Part shown: in pieces, positions 52,974 through 62,410 of the stretch
How the letters are laid out: each line of letters opens with the position of its first letter
How positions within the stretch are numbered: the stretch's first letter is position 1
Virus record (IMG/VR): IMGVR_UViG_3300027747_002221
Span: 1 to 64,000 of that record
Reading direction: 5' to 3' (one strand)
DNA: 64,000 nucleotides
The notes under the pieces: generated by a model
What the model was told of the DNA's origin: nothing
The model's input: the letters and a program-made list of their open reading frames with translations, nothing else
Database searches by the model: none
Position numbers and translations under genes: made by a program

Positions 52974-53615
52974 TTATTCCACTTCCATAAATTCATATGA
53001 TATTGCAACTTTGTCTCCGGCACCGTGTTTGCATTGAAAGACTTTAAATCCACGATCTATAAGCATATTGTCTAATACATCAGGATCCTTAACGTGTGGA
53101 AATTCGTATCTTATAAAAGATATTGGTATGTTTATAGTCCTAAAAATGTTATCAAGAACATCATATTCTAATCCTTCAATATCTATAAACAATCCATGTA
53201 TTTTAGTTAAGTTATATTTTTCAACCAAATACTTAAATTCTTCAACTTTAACAAGGTCAAAAATTTCAGAAGCTTCATATCTAACAAGACTACTTTGTAC
53301 ACCCGGTTCGCGGACATGATCCTCGTTATGGTAAATCTTTTCATACTCATTTGTTTTTGTCGGAACAACGGCAATATTTTCAAAGTATAGTGTACTATTT
53401 GCATCCTTATAATTTTCTTTACACCGCTCAAATACTTCAGGCAATGGTTCTACTAGTATAGCGTTGTGTTTTTGTTCTAGGAGAATAGATCGTAACCCAT
53501 ACCCCTCACACATTATTCCGTCATTTGCTCCTAGTTGAATAAACCATTGCGTTTCCCCTGGTTTTAATTGTTCCTGATTTATTCGAATTAGATTTTGAAA
53601 GTCTATAGTTTTCAT
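52974..53615 (-). CDS. FkbM-family methyltransferase
   Basis: IQLGANDG...LVEP...FIDIEGLEYDVL. Confidence 0.8.
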   Translation of the reverse strand: MKTIDFQNLIRINQEQLKPGETQWFIQLGANDGIMCEGYGLRSILLEQKHNAILVEPLPEVFERCKENYKDANSTLYFENIAVVPTKTNEYEKIYHNEDHVREPGVQSSLVRYEASEIFDLVKVEEFKYLVEKYNLTKIHGLFIDIEGLEYDVLDNIFRTINIPISFIRYEFPHVKDPDVLDNMLIDRGFKVFQCKHGAGDKVAISYEFMEVE

Positions 53616-54289
53616 ATTATTTTGTATGTTATGTTATTATCTATTTTATGTTCCGAAGGAGTACCATAATTTGAAATATAAAATTTAAGGAAGTTTACTG
53701 CGTGCGTTGGATCAACATTGTGTTTGTCGTATATGTCTTGCATATGTTTATAAAAGGTACAATACTTTTCCATTACAGTATGATTACCAAATGCTAAATG
53801 ATCTGAAAAATCCCAGCCACCTATATCGGCAGGTATAATGAGTTCATCACTTTTATATAATTCTATATTCTTATAAGCAATATCTAATCGGGTTCTTAAT
53901 ATTATATCGTATTCACTAATAATAGATTTGAATCCCTCATTAACAAGATACCATTGGTCTCGGCATCTGTTAGCCCAAAATGTTCCATGTTCTATTGCTC
54001 TTGGATCAGTAACCATTACGTCATCCGATCTGTCGTTTTGTATAAAAGGTATTTTATTTTTATTGTAATGCTCAAGGTCAAAAATAGAACATGACATTAG
54101 ATTAGGAACATCCTTGAATATATCTCTTGTTACCTCAGAAGATATTATTTCTTTAGTTAATCTATTGTCACTAACATCCCAAGTTGCTATATACACGTCA
54201 GCATTATATTTGCGTATAAGTTCTTCTATAGTAAAAAATACTTTTTCAAATGTTCTAGAAAATCCTGTTAATAAAATTGCTACTCGCAT
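53612..54289 (-). CDS. Putative glycan biosynthesis protein (GT-like)
   Basis: RVAILLTGFSR...YDIILRTRLD...SDHLAFG. Confidence 0.55.
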   Translation of the reverse strand: MRVAILLTGFSRTFEKVFFTIEELIRKYNADVYIATWDVSDNRLTKEIISSEVTRDIFKDVPNLMSCSIFDLEHYNKNKIPFIQNDRSDDVMVTDPRAIEHGTFWANRCRDQWYLVNEGFKSIISEYDIILRTRLDIAYKNIELYKSDELIIPADIGGWDFSDHLAFGNHTVMEKYCTFYKHMQDIYDKHNVDPTHAVNFLKFYISNYGTPSEHKIDNNITYKII

Positions 54290-55068
54290 AAGGCATTATA
54301 CTCATGTAAATATTGTTCTTCAGTTAAATAGCATCCGAGCCGTTGTGGTTGAAAAGCCCAATTTAAATTTATAGCTCTTGCAGTAGTTATAGTATTCATA
54401 ACCTCAAAATTGTCAATTAGTGCGTGCATTGCTAAATCGTCTGGCCACTCTGTTATATCCAACTCAGGATTAACATATCTTTTAAGTAACATTTTGAACC
54501 AAAGATTCTCAGTACAAATAGAACCATTATTTCTTAACTCGGTTATTCTATTTATATCTAATTTTGGTATGTCCTCAAATACACGACCCCATTTTAAAAT
54601 ATCTTCTCTGGTACCAACTTGAAACCAATCGTTTGCCCTATATGTAGATATATCGATATCCGACCCTGGCCTAATAGTCATCATATTACCTATTAGTAAT
54701 TTCTCATCAAATGCACTAATGTTTGTTTTTGTTTTTTTTGGATAAGTATTTCTTAATTCGAATAGGTCTCTAAAATGTAATATGTCTGTTCTAGTAACCA
54801 TTACTTCAGACCCTGTACTAACAGATACGCCTACATAATAACTTTGTGCTTGTCTAAGAAACTGTTGCACAGGCCCTTCGCCTGGATCATCCGAACAAAC
54901 AATTTTATCCACACCAACTAACCCTTGTGTAGCATGTTGTTGACTATTCCATGTACTTAAGATAAGTTCTCCAGTATGCCAACTACGAATACTATCAATG
55001 ACCTGTTGTATATACACACTAGGTCTCTTATCAAATGCAATACTACCTCTTATAACTACAGATCTCAT
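54280..55068 (-). CDS. WavE-like lipopolysaccharide synthesis protein
   Basis: SVVIRG...ELILSTW...DPG...RTD...NDWFQVG. Confidence 0.55.
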   Translation of the reverse strand: MRSVVIRGSIAFDKRPSVYIQQVIDSIRSWHTGELILSTWNSQQHATQGLVGVDKIVCSDDPGEGPVQQFLRQAQSYYVGVSVSTGSEVMVTRTDILHFRDLFELRNTYPKKTKTNISAFDEKLLIGNMMTIRPGSDIDISTYRANDWFQVGTREDILKWGRVFEDIPKLDINRITELRNNGSICTENLWFKMLLKRYVNPELDITEWPDDLAMHALIDNFEVMNTITTARAINLNWAFQPQRLGCYLTEEQYLHEYNALCE

Positions 55069-55505
55069 TTTAGTTTTCCTACAAAATCGCTACATACTCC
55101 GTAACAGTTTAAATCTTTTATTCCGTCAAGGGTAGGATTCTTCCACTCAGGCATAACACATACACTACGAGTGGTTAGATCTTTGCCGGGATATGTCCAT
55201 ATCCATTTATGACTAGTAATAACATAATCGTCATTCTGATGCCAAAAATAATTAAGTTGAGTATTTGTCAACCATCTTAGTGCTGATAAATTTTTGGCAT
55301 GTATCCAAAGACCAAACTGATTAAGAAAATCTTCTCTGATATGATAATCGGGCCTATCATGACCTAACCACAATTCACTATTCTCAACCCATAGATCAAT
55401 TTCACAATCAAAGCCTTCCTTGAGAGCAACTTTAATTTGTTCTGGTCTATTTTCTAAATTTACATTTGGCCCATCGAATAGGCCTCTATGAGCAATTAAT
55501 TTCAT
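55065..55505 (-). CDS. Short GDPD/PLC-like phosphodiesterase
   Basis: LIAHRG...EN...EIDLW...GHD...WIHAKN. Confidence 0.65.
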   Translation of the reverse strand: MKLIAHRGLFDGPNVNLENRPEQIKVALKEGFDCEIDLWVENSELWLGHDRPDYHIREDFLNQFGLWIHAKNLSALRWLTNTQLNYFWHQNDDYVITSHKWIWTYPGKDLTTRSVCVMPEWKNPTLDGIKDLNCYGVCSDFVGKLK

Positions 55506-56239
55506 TTTCTAATATAGATGTTGTTGCCTTCATATTCGAAACCATTAATTTCAAATCCTCCAGGCAGTTCTTCAAAGCCAAGCTTAAATAAAAATTCTTC
55601 TATTTCAGGTTTTAAACTTTGGCCTTCGTAATATTCCTTTAGCCCAACTTCTGTAAAAATAACCTTTACATTTTTTAGTGTTTGAGAACCACCCTTAAAT
55701 ACATCTAGTTCTCCACCCTGCACATCTACCCATAAGGCATCAACAGATTTGATACCATTAGTCATTGCCCAGTGATCTAAGGTAAGTGCTTCCACCATAA
55801 TTTCTTTTTGTATCCAATTCTGATTAAAGAAAGTACCATTCATACCGTCAATAAATTTATACTTACTAGCAGCACCTGGATTATATCCTACGCCCTGAGA
55901 TGTATCAATATCATAAAATGTTAGTGGTCCATTTTTATTGGACAAGGCTACATTATAAATTTGTATTCTATCTTGTACGTCCTTTGGAACGCTACTCTTC
56001 ATCTGAATACATTCTCTTAAATTTTGAGGGCTAGGTTCAAATGCATGAATTGTTGCTGTAGGAAAAGCATAAGCAAATTCAATACTTTGTTTTAAATGCC
56101 AACTACCTATATCCAATACTGTTTCTATTGTATCAAAATCAATATAGTCAGCAATCTGTAATATTTTAGGTGAAGCAATATTTTCTCTGCCCGAGTTTGC
56201 CCAGCCTTTTAGTCTTTCTATGTAGTGATCATTCGCCAT
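55502..56239 (-). CDS. FkbM-family methyltransferase
   Basis: VLDIGS...HAFEP...WVDVQGGELDVF. Confidence 0.85.
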   Translation of the reverse strand: MANDHYIERLKGWANSGRENIASPKILQIADYIDFDTIETVLDIGSWHLKQSIEFAYAFPTATIHAFEPSPQNLRECIQMKSSVPKDVQDRIQIYNVALSNKNGPLTFYDIDTSQGVGYNPGAASKYKFIDGMNGTFFNQNWIQKEIMVEALTLDHWAMTNGIKSVDALWVDVQGGELDVFKGGSQTLKNVKVIFTEVGLKEYYEGQSLKPEIEEFLFKLGFEELPGGFEINGFEYEGNNIYIRK

Positions 56240-56558
56240 GTTGTATTACCTTTTTATCATTGCCGCTAGGCGTCTTTACACAAACAACCGTAGTATCTTC
56301 CAAAAATACAGGATCAGAAATTTCCCAGGGTTCGACTATAAAGATATCGCCAGTTTTTAATTCCTTATCCTGCATTATCATTCTACCACTAACTAATAAA
56401 TTAATCTCTGTGGTTGTGGTGTGATAATGCATATCCCATTTTTGACCTGCAGGATGTGTTCTATAATTAACTTCAAAATCTTTAGTATGATATGCAGTTG
56501 GTTCAAAGCCTCCGACAAACCAACCATCATGCATATCTTTTATGTTTAGTATTTTCAT
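56229..56558 (-). CDS. Cupin-fold protein
   Basis: GWFVGGF...HYH...TEINLL..GDIFIVEP. Confidence 0.65.
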   Translation of the reverse strand: MKILNIKDMHDGWFVGGFEPTAYHTKDFEVNYRTHPAGQKWDMHYHTTTTEINLLVSGRMIMQDKELKTGDIFIVEPWEISDPVFLEDTTVVCVKTPSGNDKKVIQHGE

Positions 56559-57652
56559 AATCCGTAATCTGTCCAATTTATAGTATTAAATCCAGAGTTT
56601 GTAATTGCACTTATACCTACTGCTCTATCCATATCATCAATATTCATTTTATCATTAATGATGTATCTGGATCCGCCACCCACTCCCATTACTAACTGAT
56701 CCCAAGCTAACCCAAAAGAAGTTAATTGTTCTTCGGTTATTTTGCGTGTGCTTTCTTTTCTTGCGGTGACAAAGATAATCTTATGACCTTTGCTATCCCA
56801 TTCATTAATTTTGTCAACTACACCCGGTAATATTGTAGGGGCATTCTTATAGACACCGCTTATAGTATGTTCATGTTTTAATACCGTACCATCTATATCT
56901 ATGAATAATGTCTTAGGTTTATTAGTATCAAATTCACCAACCTTGCCTAAATATTTTGCGACATCTTCAGGTGTACCTAACGGAATATATGCATTATTAA
57001 TTATATGAAAAGGTAAAATTTTAGCGTCACGCAAATAATTGAATGTCTCACTAATATAGCATTCTGGTCTTCCGGATATTCTAAAAGTATCTAGTAATTT
57101 TTTTGCGCTGGTGACAAAGTCTTTCCCTCTTTTCCAATAATGGAATCCAATCAGGGCATTATCAGAAATAGGATCCTTCTCCACAACCTTAAAAATTCTA
57201 TTTAACTTTATTTCAGCAAAACTATTTTTTGGATCTTTACTCTTATATAAAACAAGAGCAGCATCGGGGTCTTTATCTTTGACCCAAGATAAAAATGACA
57301 TAGGATCCCATTTAATTATTTGATCGCAATTATAAACAACCAATGGATTATCGTTATCAATAAGATCCTTTGCAAACAATACTGTATCTGCTGCACCATC
57401 TGTAGTATTACTTATTCTTATTTCTGTATAGTCTATATTTTTGTATTCAAAGATATCTGTCAATTCTTTATTATGCTCGGGATCATCAAAATCTCTAGTA
57501 ATAAAAATGAACTTACCCTTAACATTAAAACTATCTATAGAATGTTCTATTAAAGTTTTACCATTAACAACAATTAACGGTTTCGGTTTATCTATTCCGA
57601 TTTTTTGAAATCTAGTTCCCAGTCCTGCCATAGGGATAACAATGTTTATCAT
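56555..57652 (-). CDS. Sugar-nucleotidyltransferase fused to HAD-like phosphatase
   Basis: N-terminal IPMAGLGTRF...KPLI; C-terminal FIDIDGTV...TAR. Confidence 0.8.
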   Translation of the reverse strand: MINIVIPMAGLGTRFQKIGIDKPKPLIVVNGKTLIEHSIDSFNVKGKFIFITRDFDDPEHNKELTDIFEYKNIDYTEIRISNTTDGAADTVLFAKDLIDNDNPLVVYNCDQIIKWDPMSFLSWVKDKDPDAALVLYKSKDPKNSFAEIKLNRIFKVVEKDPISDNALIGFHYWKRGKDFVTSAKKLLDTFRISGRPECYISETFNYLRDAKILPFHIINNAYIPLGTPEDVAKYLGKVGEFDTNKPKTLFIDIDGTVLKHEHTISGVYKNAPTILPGVVDKINEWDSKGHKIIFVTARKESTRKITEEQLTSFGLAWDQLVMGVGGGSRYIINDKMNIDDMDRAVGISAITNSGFNTINWTDYGL

Positions 57653-58344
57653 ACCCTTACCCAATCATTAATAAGATGAAATTGGCTGCCTCGACCAACA
57701 TCATGATAGTATAATTTCTCAGCAGTTAAGTCTAAACTATCTGCTAGATGAATTATGCTACTATCTATACAATGTATTTCTTTGGCGTTTTTAATTACGT
57801 CTGTCCAATCTAATATAGTATCGGTCAATCCTGATTCAACATAGTATATAGGCAAATCTGTTGTTATGTCTAAATTGTAAGAACCAGGACTACCTTGACA
57901 ATGTACTAAGCAATAGTCTTTATCTTTTATAAACTTATTAAAGAATTCTTTACTAGAAGAATCATCTTTCGGCATTTGAAATTTATCCCATCTATCCTGA
58001 AATTCAATACCCGACATACCATAGAATTCAATATCGAAAAATTCAGATCCGCCACCCGTATAAATTATATCTAAGTGCGGTATATCTGTACGATACTCGG
58101 CAACAAATTGTTGTTCTTTTTCATATGTCTCATAAGGAATAGATACAGGAATTACTATATCAGAGTCTTCGTATAGTTTATTTACTGTAGGCAAATTAAT
58201 ATCTTTAACCATAAGATATAATCGCTCTACATCATATTTTTCTATAAGTCCATAAACCATACCATTACATATGATGTGGTCACCTAAACCTAAGTGGTGG
58301 TGTAATACTAATTCTTTAAATTTTTCCATCGTATACAGGCTCAT
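57649..58344 (-). CDS. Putative glycosyltransferase-like protein
   Basis: HHHLGLGDHIICNG...IHCIDSS..HL. Confidence 0.45.
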   Translation of the reverse strand: MSLYTMEKFKELVLHHHLGLGDHIICNGMVYGLIEKYDVERLYLMVKDINLPTVNKLYEDSDIVIPVSIPYETYEKEQQFVAEYRTDIPHLDIIYTGGGSEFFDIEFYGMSGIEFQDRWDKFQMPKDDSSSKEFFNKFIKDKDYCLVHCQGSPGSYNLDITTDLPIYYVESGLTDTILDWTDVIKNAKEIHCIDSSIIHLADSLDLTAEKLYYHDVGRGSQFHLINDWVRV

Positions 58345-58957
58345 CGTTTTCTGTGTATGTTTGACCTATGAAATTGTTATTTTCAAAATCATATGTCTCT
58401 CTCATCCAATCTACTTCTTTAACTCCATATATTGCAGTATCGTTCATTATGTTTGGCCAAACTTTATCTCTCAAATAAAATTGATCTACCAAATATTGTT
58501 TAACGGAAATATATTCTTGCATAGCATCCTTAAGTGTACTATCCATTATTATATTCTTCTTACCCCACATACCTGCTAATATAGGAAATTCGTAGTGTGC
58601 GTCGTGGTCTCGAATAACCATATAATTATATTCGGATTCGAGCCAGTTGTCAATAAGTTCTTTTTCTCTTAAACTTAATCTTGAATCTGTGTCCCTAGAT
58701 AATATCACACCTGGATTATTGAACATCATTTCAAATCTCCAGAATGCACCAAAACTATCATCTGTTACTTCTTTAACTATTGTATTTTTAAATGCAGATA
58801 GTTTATCTATTGTTTCTTTTGGTACGGTTGCATCGTAGTAAAATACGCATTTCCATTCAGGAAATATTTCTTCTGCAAGTTCTGCATTTCTAATTGCGCC
58901 CTGAAGATATTTAGGATTATCGCCCCAAATACTAAATGTGAAGTATTTGTCTACCAT
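58316..58957 (-). CDS. Putative glycosyltransferase-like protein
   Basis: FSIWGDNPKY...WRF...SRDTDSR...RDH...ILAGMWG. Confidence 0.5.
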   Translation of the reverse strand: MVDKYFTFSIWGDNPKYLQGAIRNAELAEEIFPEWKCVFYYDATVPKETIDKLSAFKNTIVKEVTDDSFGAFWRFEMMFNNPGVILSRDTDSRLSLREKELIDNWLESEYNYMVIRDHDAHYEFPILAGMWGKKNIIMDSTLKDAMQEYISVKQYLVDQFYLRDKVWPNIMNDTAIYGVKEVDWMRETYDFENNNFIGQTYTENDEPVYDGKI

Positions 58958-59895
58958 ACAAAATTTGACTTGTGCCAATCCACAACTTCTTCCAAACAAG
59001 TATCAAAATCTGCTTCGCATGACCAACCTATACTTTTTAACTTACTATCATCTATAGCATAACGTACATCTTGACCCTGGCGCTTTTCCGAAAAATCCAT
59101 ATACTTGTCGTAGTCTGTTCCGGTGCCAAAATAATTATCTATAATTTTTCTTGCAACAACGATATTCTTTTCTTCATAGTTACCCGAGATATTATAAATC
59201 TCATTGGTAACATTTTGAGAAACAATTAAAGAAACTGCATTTGCCGTATCTGAAACATGAAGCCATGTTCTAATAGGTTCACCGTTATCGTGCATAACGA
59301 TTGGTCTATTTAAAGTTAAATTCTTGCATGCTCGTGGAATAAATTTTTCTACATATTGTCCTATGCCATAATTATTAGTTGGTCTAACAATTACGTAAGG
59401 AATATCATATGTTCTTGCCCAGGCAATAACTAACATATCTGCGGCAGCTTTAGTTGCGGAATATGGATTGCTTGGTTTTAATAAATCTGTTTCAGTATGA
59501 AACCCTGAGACTAAGTCACCATACACTTCATCTGTACTAAAGTGTAGCAGTGTCGGTCTTCGTGATTTTGGTTTTTGTTTGATGAGTTCTAATATCTTAT
59601 GAACTCCGTTGATGTTACTTCGCAGGAAAACATCTGAGCTGACAATACTATTGTCCACATGAGTTTCTGCGGCAGTATTAATAAAGTAATCACAATCAAC
59701 TAATCGTTCGATATTGTTTATATCGCAACCATCAAATTTAAAATTTTTATATTCTAGTAATTCATAAAGAAAGTCTCTATTACTAGCGTATGTTTTACTA
59801 TCTATACCATAAACATAATGACCTTCATCTAGGAATTTTTTGGTTACATGGTAACCTATAAATCCTAAACATCCTGTGACATAAAGTATTTTCAT
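58951..59895 (-). CDS. NDP-glucose 4,6-dehydratase (RmlB-like SDR)
   Basis: TGCLGFIG, AAETHVD, STDEVYG, PSNPYSATKA, TNNYG. Confidence 0.9.
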   Translation of the reverse strand: MKILYVTGCLGFIGYHVTKKFLDEGHYVYGIDSKTYASNRDFLYELLEYKNFKFDGCDINNIERLVDCDYFINTAAETHVDNSIVSSDVFLRSNINGVHKILELIKQKPKSRRPTLLHFSTDEVYGDLVSGFHTETDLLKPSNPYSATKAAADMLVIAWARTYDIPYVIVRPTNNYGIGQYVEKFIPRACKNLTLNRPIVMHDNGEPIRTWLHVSDTANAVSLIVSQNVTNEIYNISGNYEEKNIVVARKIIDNYFGTGTDYDKYMDFSEKRQGQDVRYAIDDSKLKSIGWSCEADFDTCLEEVVDWHKSNFVW

Positions 59896-60656
59896 TTCAT
59901 ATATTCTTTCATTCCGTACATAACACCATATAGATCAAAATCTGATAAAAGATCTAGCATAGTGGAATCGCCAATATATGGTTTATCACTTGTGGATTCA
60001 ACTATTATTTCTTTATCTATATTATTTATATCGCAGAATAGTTGTAAAAATTCACTCAATGTTCTTTTCTTTTTATACACGCAATCTATTTGCCTGTGAT
60101 GATAGTTGTTGTTTATAACATATTCTATAATTTTATAAAAATCGCCAATGTAGATATAATCAAATTTTCTATCATTAGTTAAAACGAAAGGACCATCCGA
60201 TGCTAAAAATTTTTTTAATAATCTACTTTCCTTTTCTTCGGAACCAAAACATCCAAACAATTTAAGATTGGTAAATTTACTGGGATCTAAATCCCTAGAA
60301 ATCATTCTTTTAGAAAAAGCATATGCGCTGTTATTGGAATAATCTTGTTCAATACCGGATCCTATATTAATGTATCTTCCAAATAAATCAGAATTGGATT
60401 TGAAATTATAATACATTGCTAAGTTTTTAGCAACTATACTTGGATCATTACTGTTAACATTTTCGTTGCCACCAAAAGTAAGACAATTTATAACGAAATC
60501 GGGTTGAGATAGTTCTAATACATTTCTTACAGCGGCAGCGTCAGTTACATCTATACCCGGTTTGGAGATAGACATTACTGCATTATTCTTTGCTAATCGA
60601 GGAGCTATGTATGAACCTATAAATCCTCCAGCACCTAAAATAAGAATATTCTTCAT
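59892..60656 (-). CDS. NAD-dependent sugar epimerase/reductase (SDR)
   Basis: GAGGFIG...YAFSK (YxxxK). Confidence 0.75.
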   Translation of the reverse strand: MKNILILGAGGFIGSYIAPRLAKNNAVMSISKPGIDVTDAAAVRNVLELSQPDFVINCLTFGGNENVNSNDPSIVAKNLAMYYNFKSNSDLFGRYINIGSGIEQDYSNNSAYAFSKRMISRDLDPSKFTNLKLFGCFGSEEKESRLLKKFLASDGPFVLTNDRKFDYIYIGDFYKIIEYVINNNYHHRQIDCVYKKKRTLSEFLQLFCDINNIDKEIIVESTSDKPYIGDSTMLDLLSDFDLYGVMYGMKEYMK

Positions 60657-61396
60657 TTTATTTTCACTATCATTTCTTTGGTTAATTCCTCATCTGAAAG
60701 GAACGGAGTCATATCATGCAGACCAGCTTGCTTGCCATTCTTCAATGCTTGCGCTGGTAAGATCTCCTGGTCTTCTAAACATTTACAATCTATAATCATA
60801 GGACCAACTGTTTCTAATAATCTAGGTAAATTATCAAGACTAGTTTTATTTTTAATAGGAGCATATTTCATACCAAAGGATGCAGCAATGTTTCTAAAAT
60901 CAGGAAACCATAATCCTGATTCAGAACTTGTACCGAATACTCGCCCATCAAAGTATTTAGATTGAGTATTTTTAATACTTAAGTAGCCATTGTTATTCAA
61001 TATAATAAACTTAATATTAAGATCATGGAGTTTTACCACAGCCAGTTCTTGAAGATTGCTCATAAAACTACCATCACCCATAATAGATACAACAGGTTGA
61101 TTACTAGCCATGCTTACACCGATTGCCGCCGGTAATGCCCAGCCCATATCTGCTTGTGCTGGGCTCGATATAAATCGTTGTCCCTGTTTAACATTTAATG
61201 CAACAGGACCAGCATAACTAATACTACCAGCATCCCCCATTAAAATGTCTTCGGGTCTACTGTGTTTATTAATAGCATCTAATACTGCGTATAAATTTAA
61301 TGCGTTATTTTCATTAGTTGCTTCCCACTCGGGTTGCATTACCGGCCAAATATTTTTCCAATGGTTACATTTATCTATCCAATGTTGATGCTTCAT
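60653..61396 (-). CDS. TPP-dependent enzyme, C-terminal (TPP-binding) half
   Basis: QADMGWALPAAIG...GDGSF..N...NN (GDG-x24-NN). Confidence 0.88.
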   Translation of the reverse strand: MKHQHWIDKCNHWKNIWPVMQPEWEATNENNALNLYAVLDAINKHSRPEDILMGDAGSISYAGPVALNVKQGQRFISSPAQADMGWALPAAIGVSMASNQPVVSIMGDGSFMSNLQELAVVKLHDLNIKFIILNNNGYLSIKNTQSKYFDGRVFGTSSESGLWFPDFRNIAASFGMKYAPIKNKTSLDNLPRLLETVGPMIIDCKCLEDQEILPAQALKNGKQAGLHDMTPFLSDEELTKEMIVKIK

Positions 61397-62403
61397 ATCA
61401 TTTCCTTAAAAAAGTCAGATAGCGACATACAAATCTTTTCATTGATAAATAGTACATCTTTCTTTAGTTCATTATCATCTATGTCAATTAGTATTTTATA
61501 ACTCTCAGGGCTAAACTGGGTTGGGTCATATCCAACAACACTAGAATTTAAACTACTACCCAATACTAATAAACAATCCGCATTCTGCATAGCAAAATTC
61601 CCTGCTCTGCTACCCTTAATACCTACCGCACCAATATTCAAAGGATGTGACCCAGGAAAGTAATCTCTTGCACCATATGTACTAACAAAAGGTAAATCAT
61701 ATGTTTCAATAAAATTTACAAATTCTTTAACTGTGTTACTTTGTCTGATACCGTAACCTGCCAAGACAACTGGTCTTTGTGCTGTATCTAGTATAGTCTT
61801 TATTCTAGATAAATTATTTCTCGTATAGGATGGGGCTGGGTCTACATATAAAGTATAATCCTCTGGCATTTGTGCTGTTTGTACATCTCCCGGAATATCT
61901 ATCCAAACAGGACCTCGACGACCTTCTTTAGCTAGGTGTATAGCATAACTTAATTGATATGCTACATCTTCGGGGCTAGTAATAAACTTACTATATTTAG
62001 TCATCCCGGCATATGTACTAACAATATCGTGTTCTTGGACACCATATTTTCTAAGACTAATACCCTTTTGCATATTGATCCAACTACTACAAGTATTTAA
62101 TCTAACATTGCCTGATAAAAATAAAACAGGGACACCATCTTGCCAGGCATTTAATACAGATGTAGCACAGTTAGTTCCCGCACATCCTGTTGTAGGATTG
62201 ACTACTGAGAGTTCACCTGTAAATTTACTCTCACCAATAGCAGCATGACCGGCACCTTGTTCATGATGATAACAGATATAACCTATCTTACCGTGCTTAA
62301 TAAAACCATCGTTTAATCCGCTAGCACCCCCGCCCATTAACCCATGGACTTTAGTAATACCTTGCTGGTATAAGTAATTAGCAATCCAATCGCATACTCT
62401 CAT
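61393..62403 (-). CDS. TPP-dependent enzyme, N-terminal and middle domains (acetolactate-synthase/YerE-like)
   Basis: HHEQGAGHAA...TTGCAGTN...GPVWIDIPGD...RPVVLAG. Confidence 0.88.
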   Translation of the reverse strand: MRVCDWIANYLYQQGITKVHGLMGGGASGLNDGFIKHGKIGYICYHHEQGAGHAAIGESKFTGELSVVNPTTGCAGTNCATSVLNAWQDGVPVLFLSGNVRLNTCSSWINMQKGISLRKYGVQEHDIVSTYAGMTKYSKFITSPEDVAYQLSYAIHLAKEGRRGPVWIDIPGDVQTAQMPEDYTLYVDPAPSYTRNNLSRIKTILDTAQRPVVLAGYGIRQSNTVKEFVNFIETYDLPFVSTYGARDYFPGSHPLNIGAVGIKGSRAGNFAMQNADCLLVLGSSLNSSVVGYDPTQFSPESYKILIDIDDNELKKDVLFINEKICMSLSDFFKEMI

Positions 62404-62410
62404 ATTTTTC

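Noticed and set aside
60653-62403. TPP enzyme as a frameshifted pseudogene
   Set aside because: The break falls at a domain boundary with a clean ATGA overlap and an SD, and both halves keep their catalytic motifs. A genuine split is more likely, though reads should be checked.
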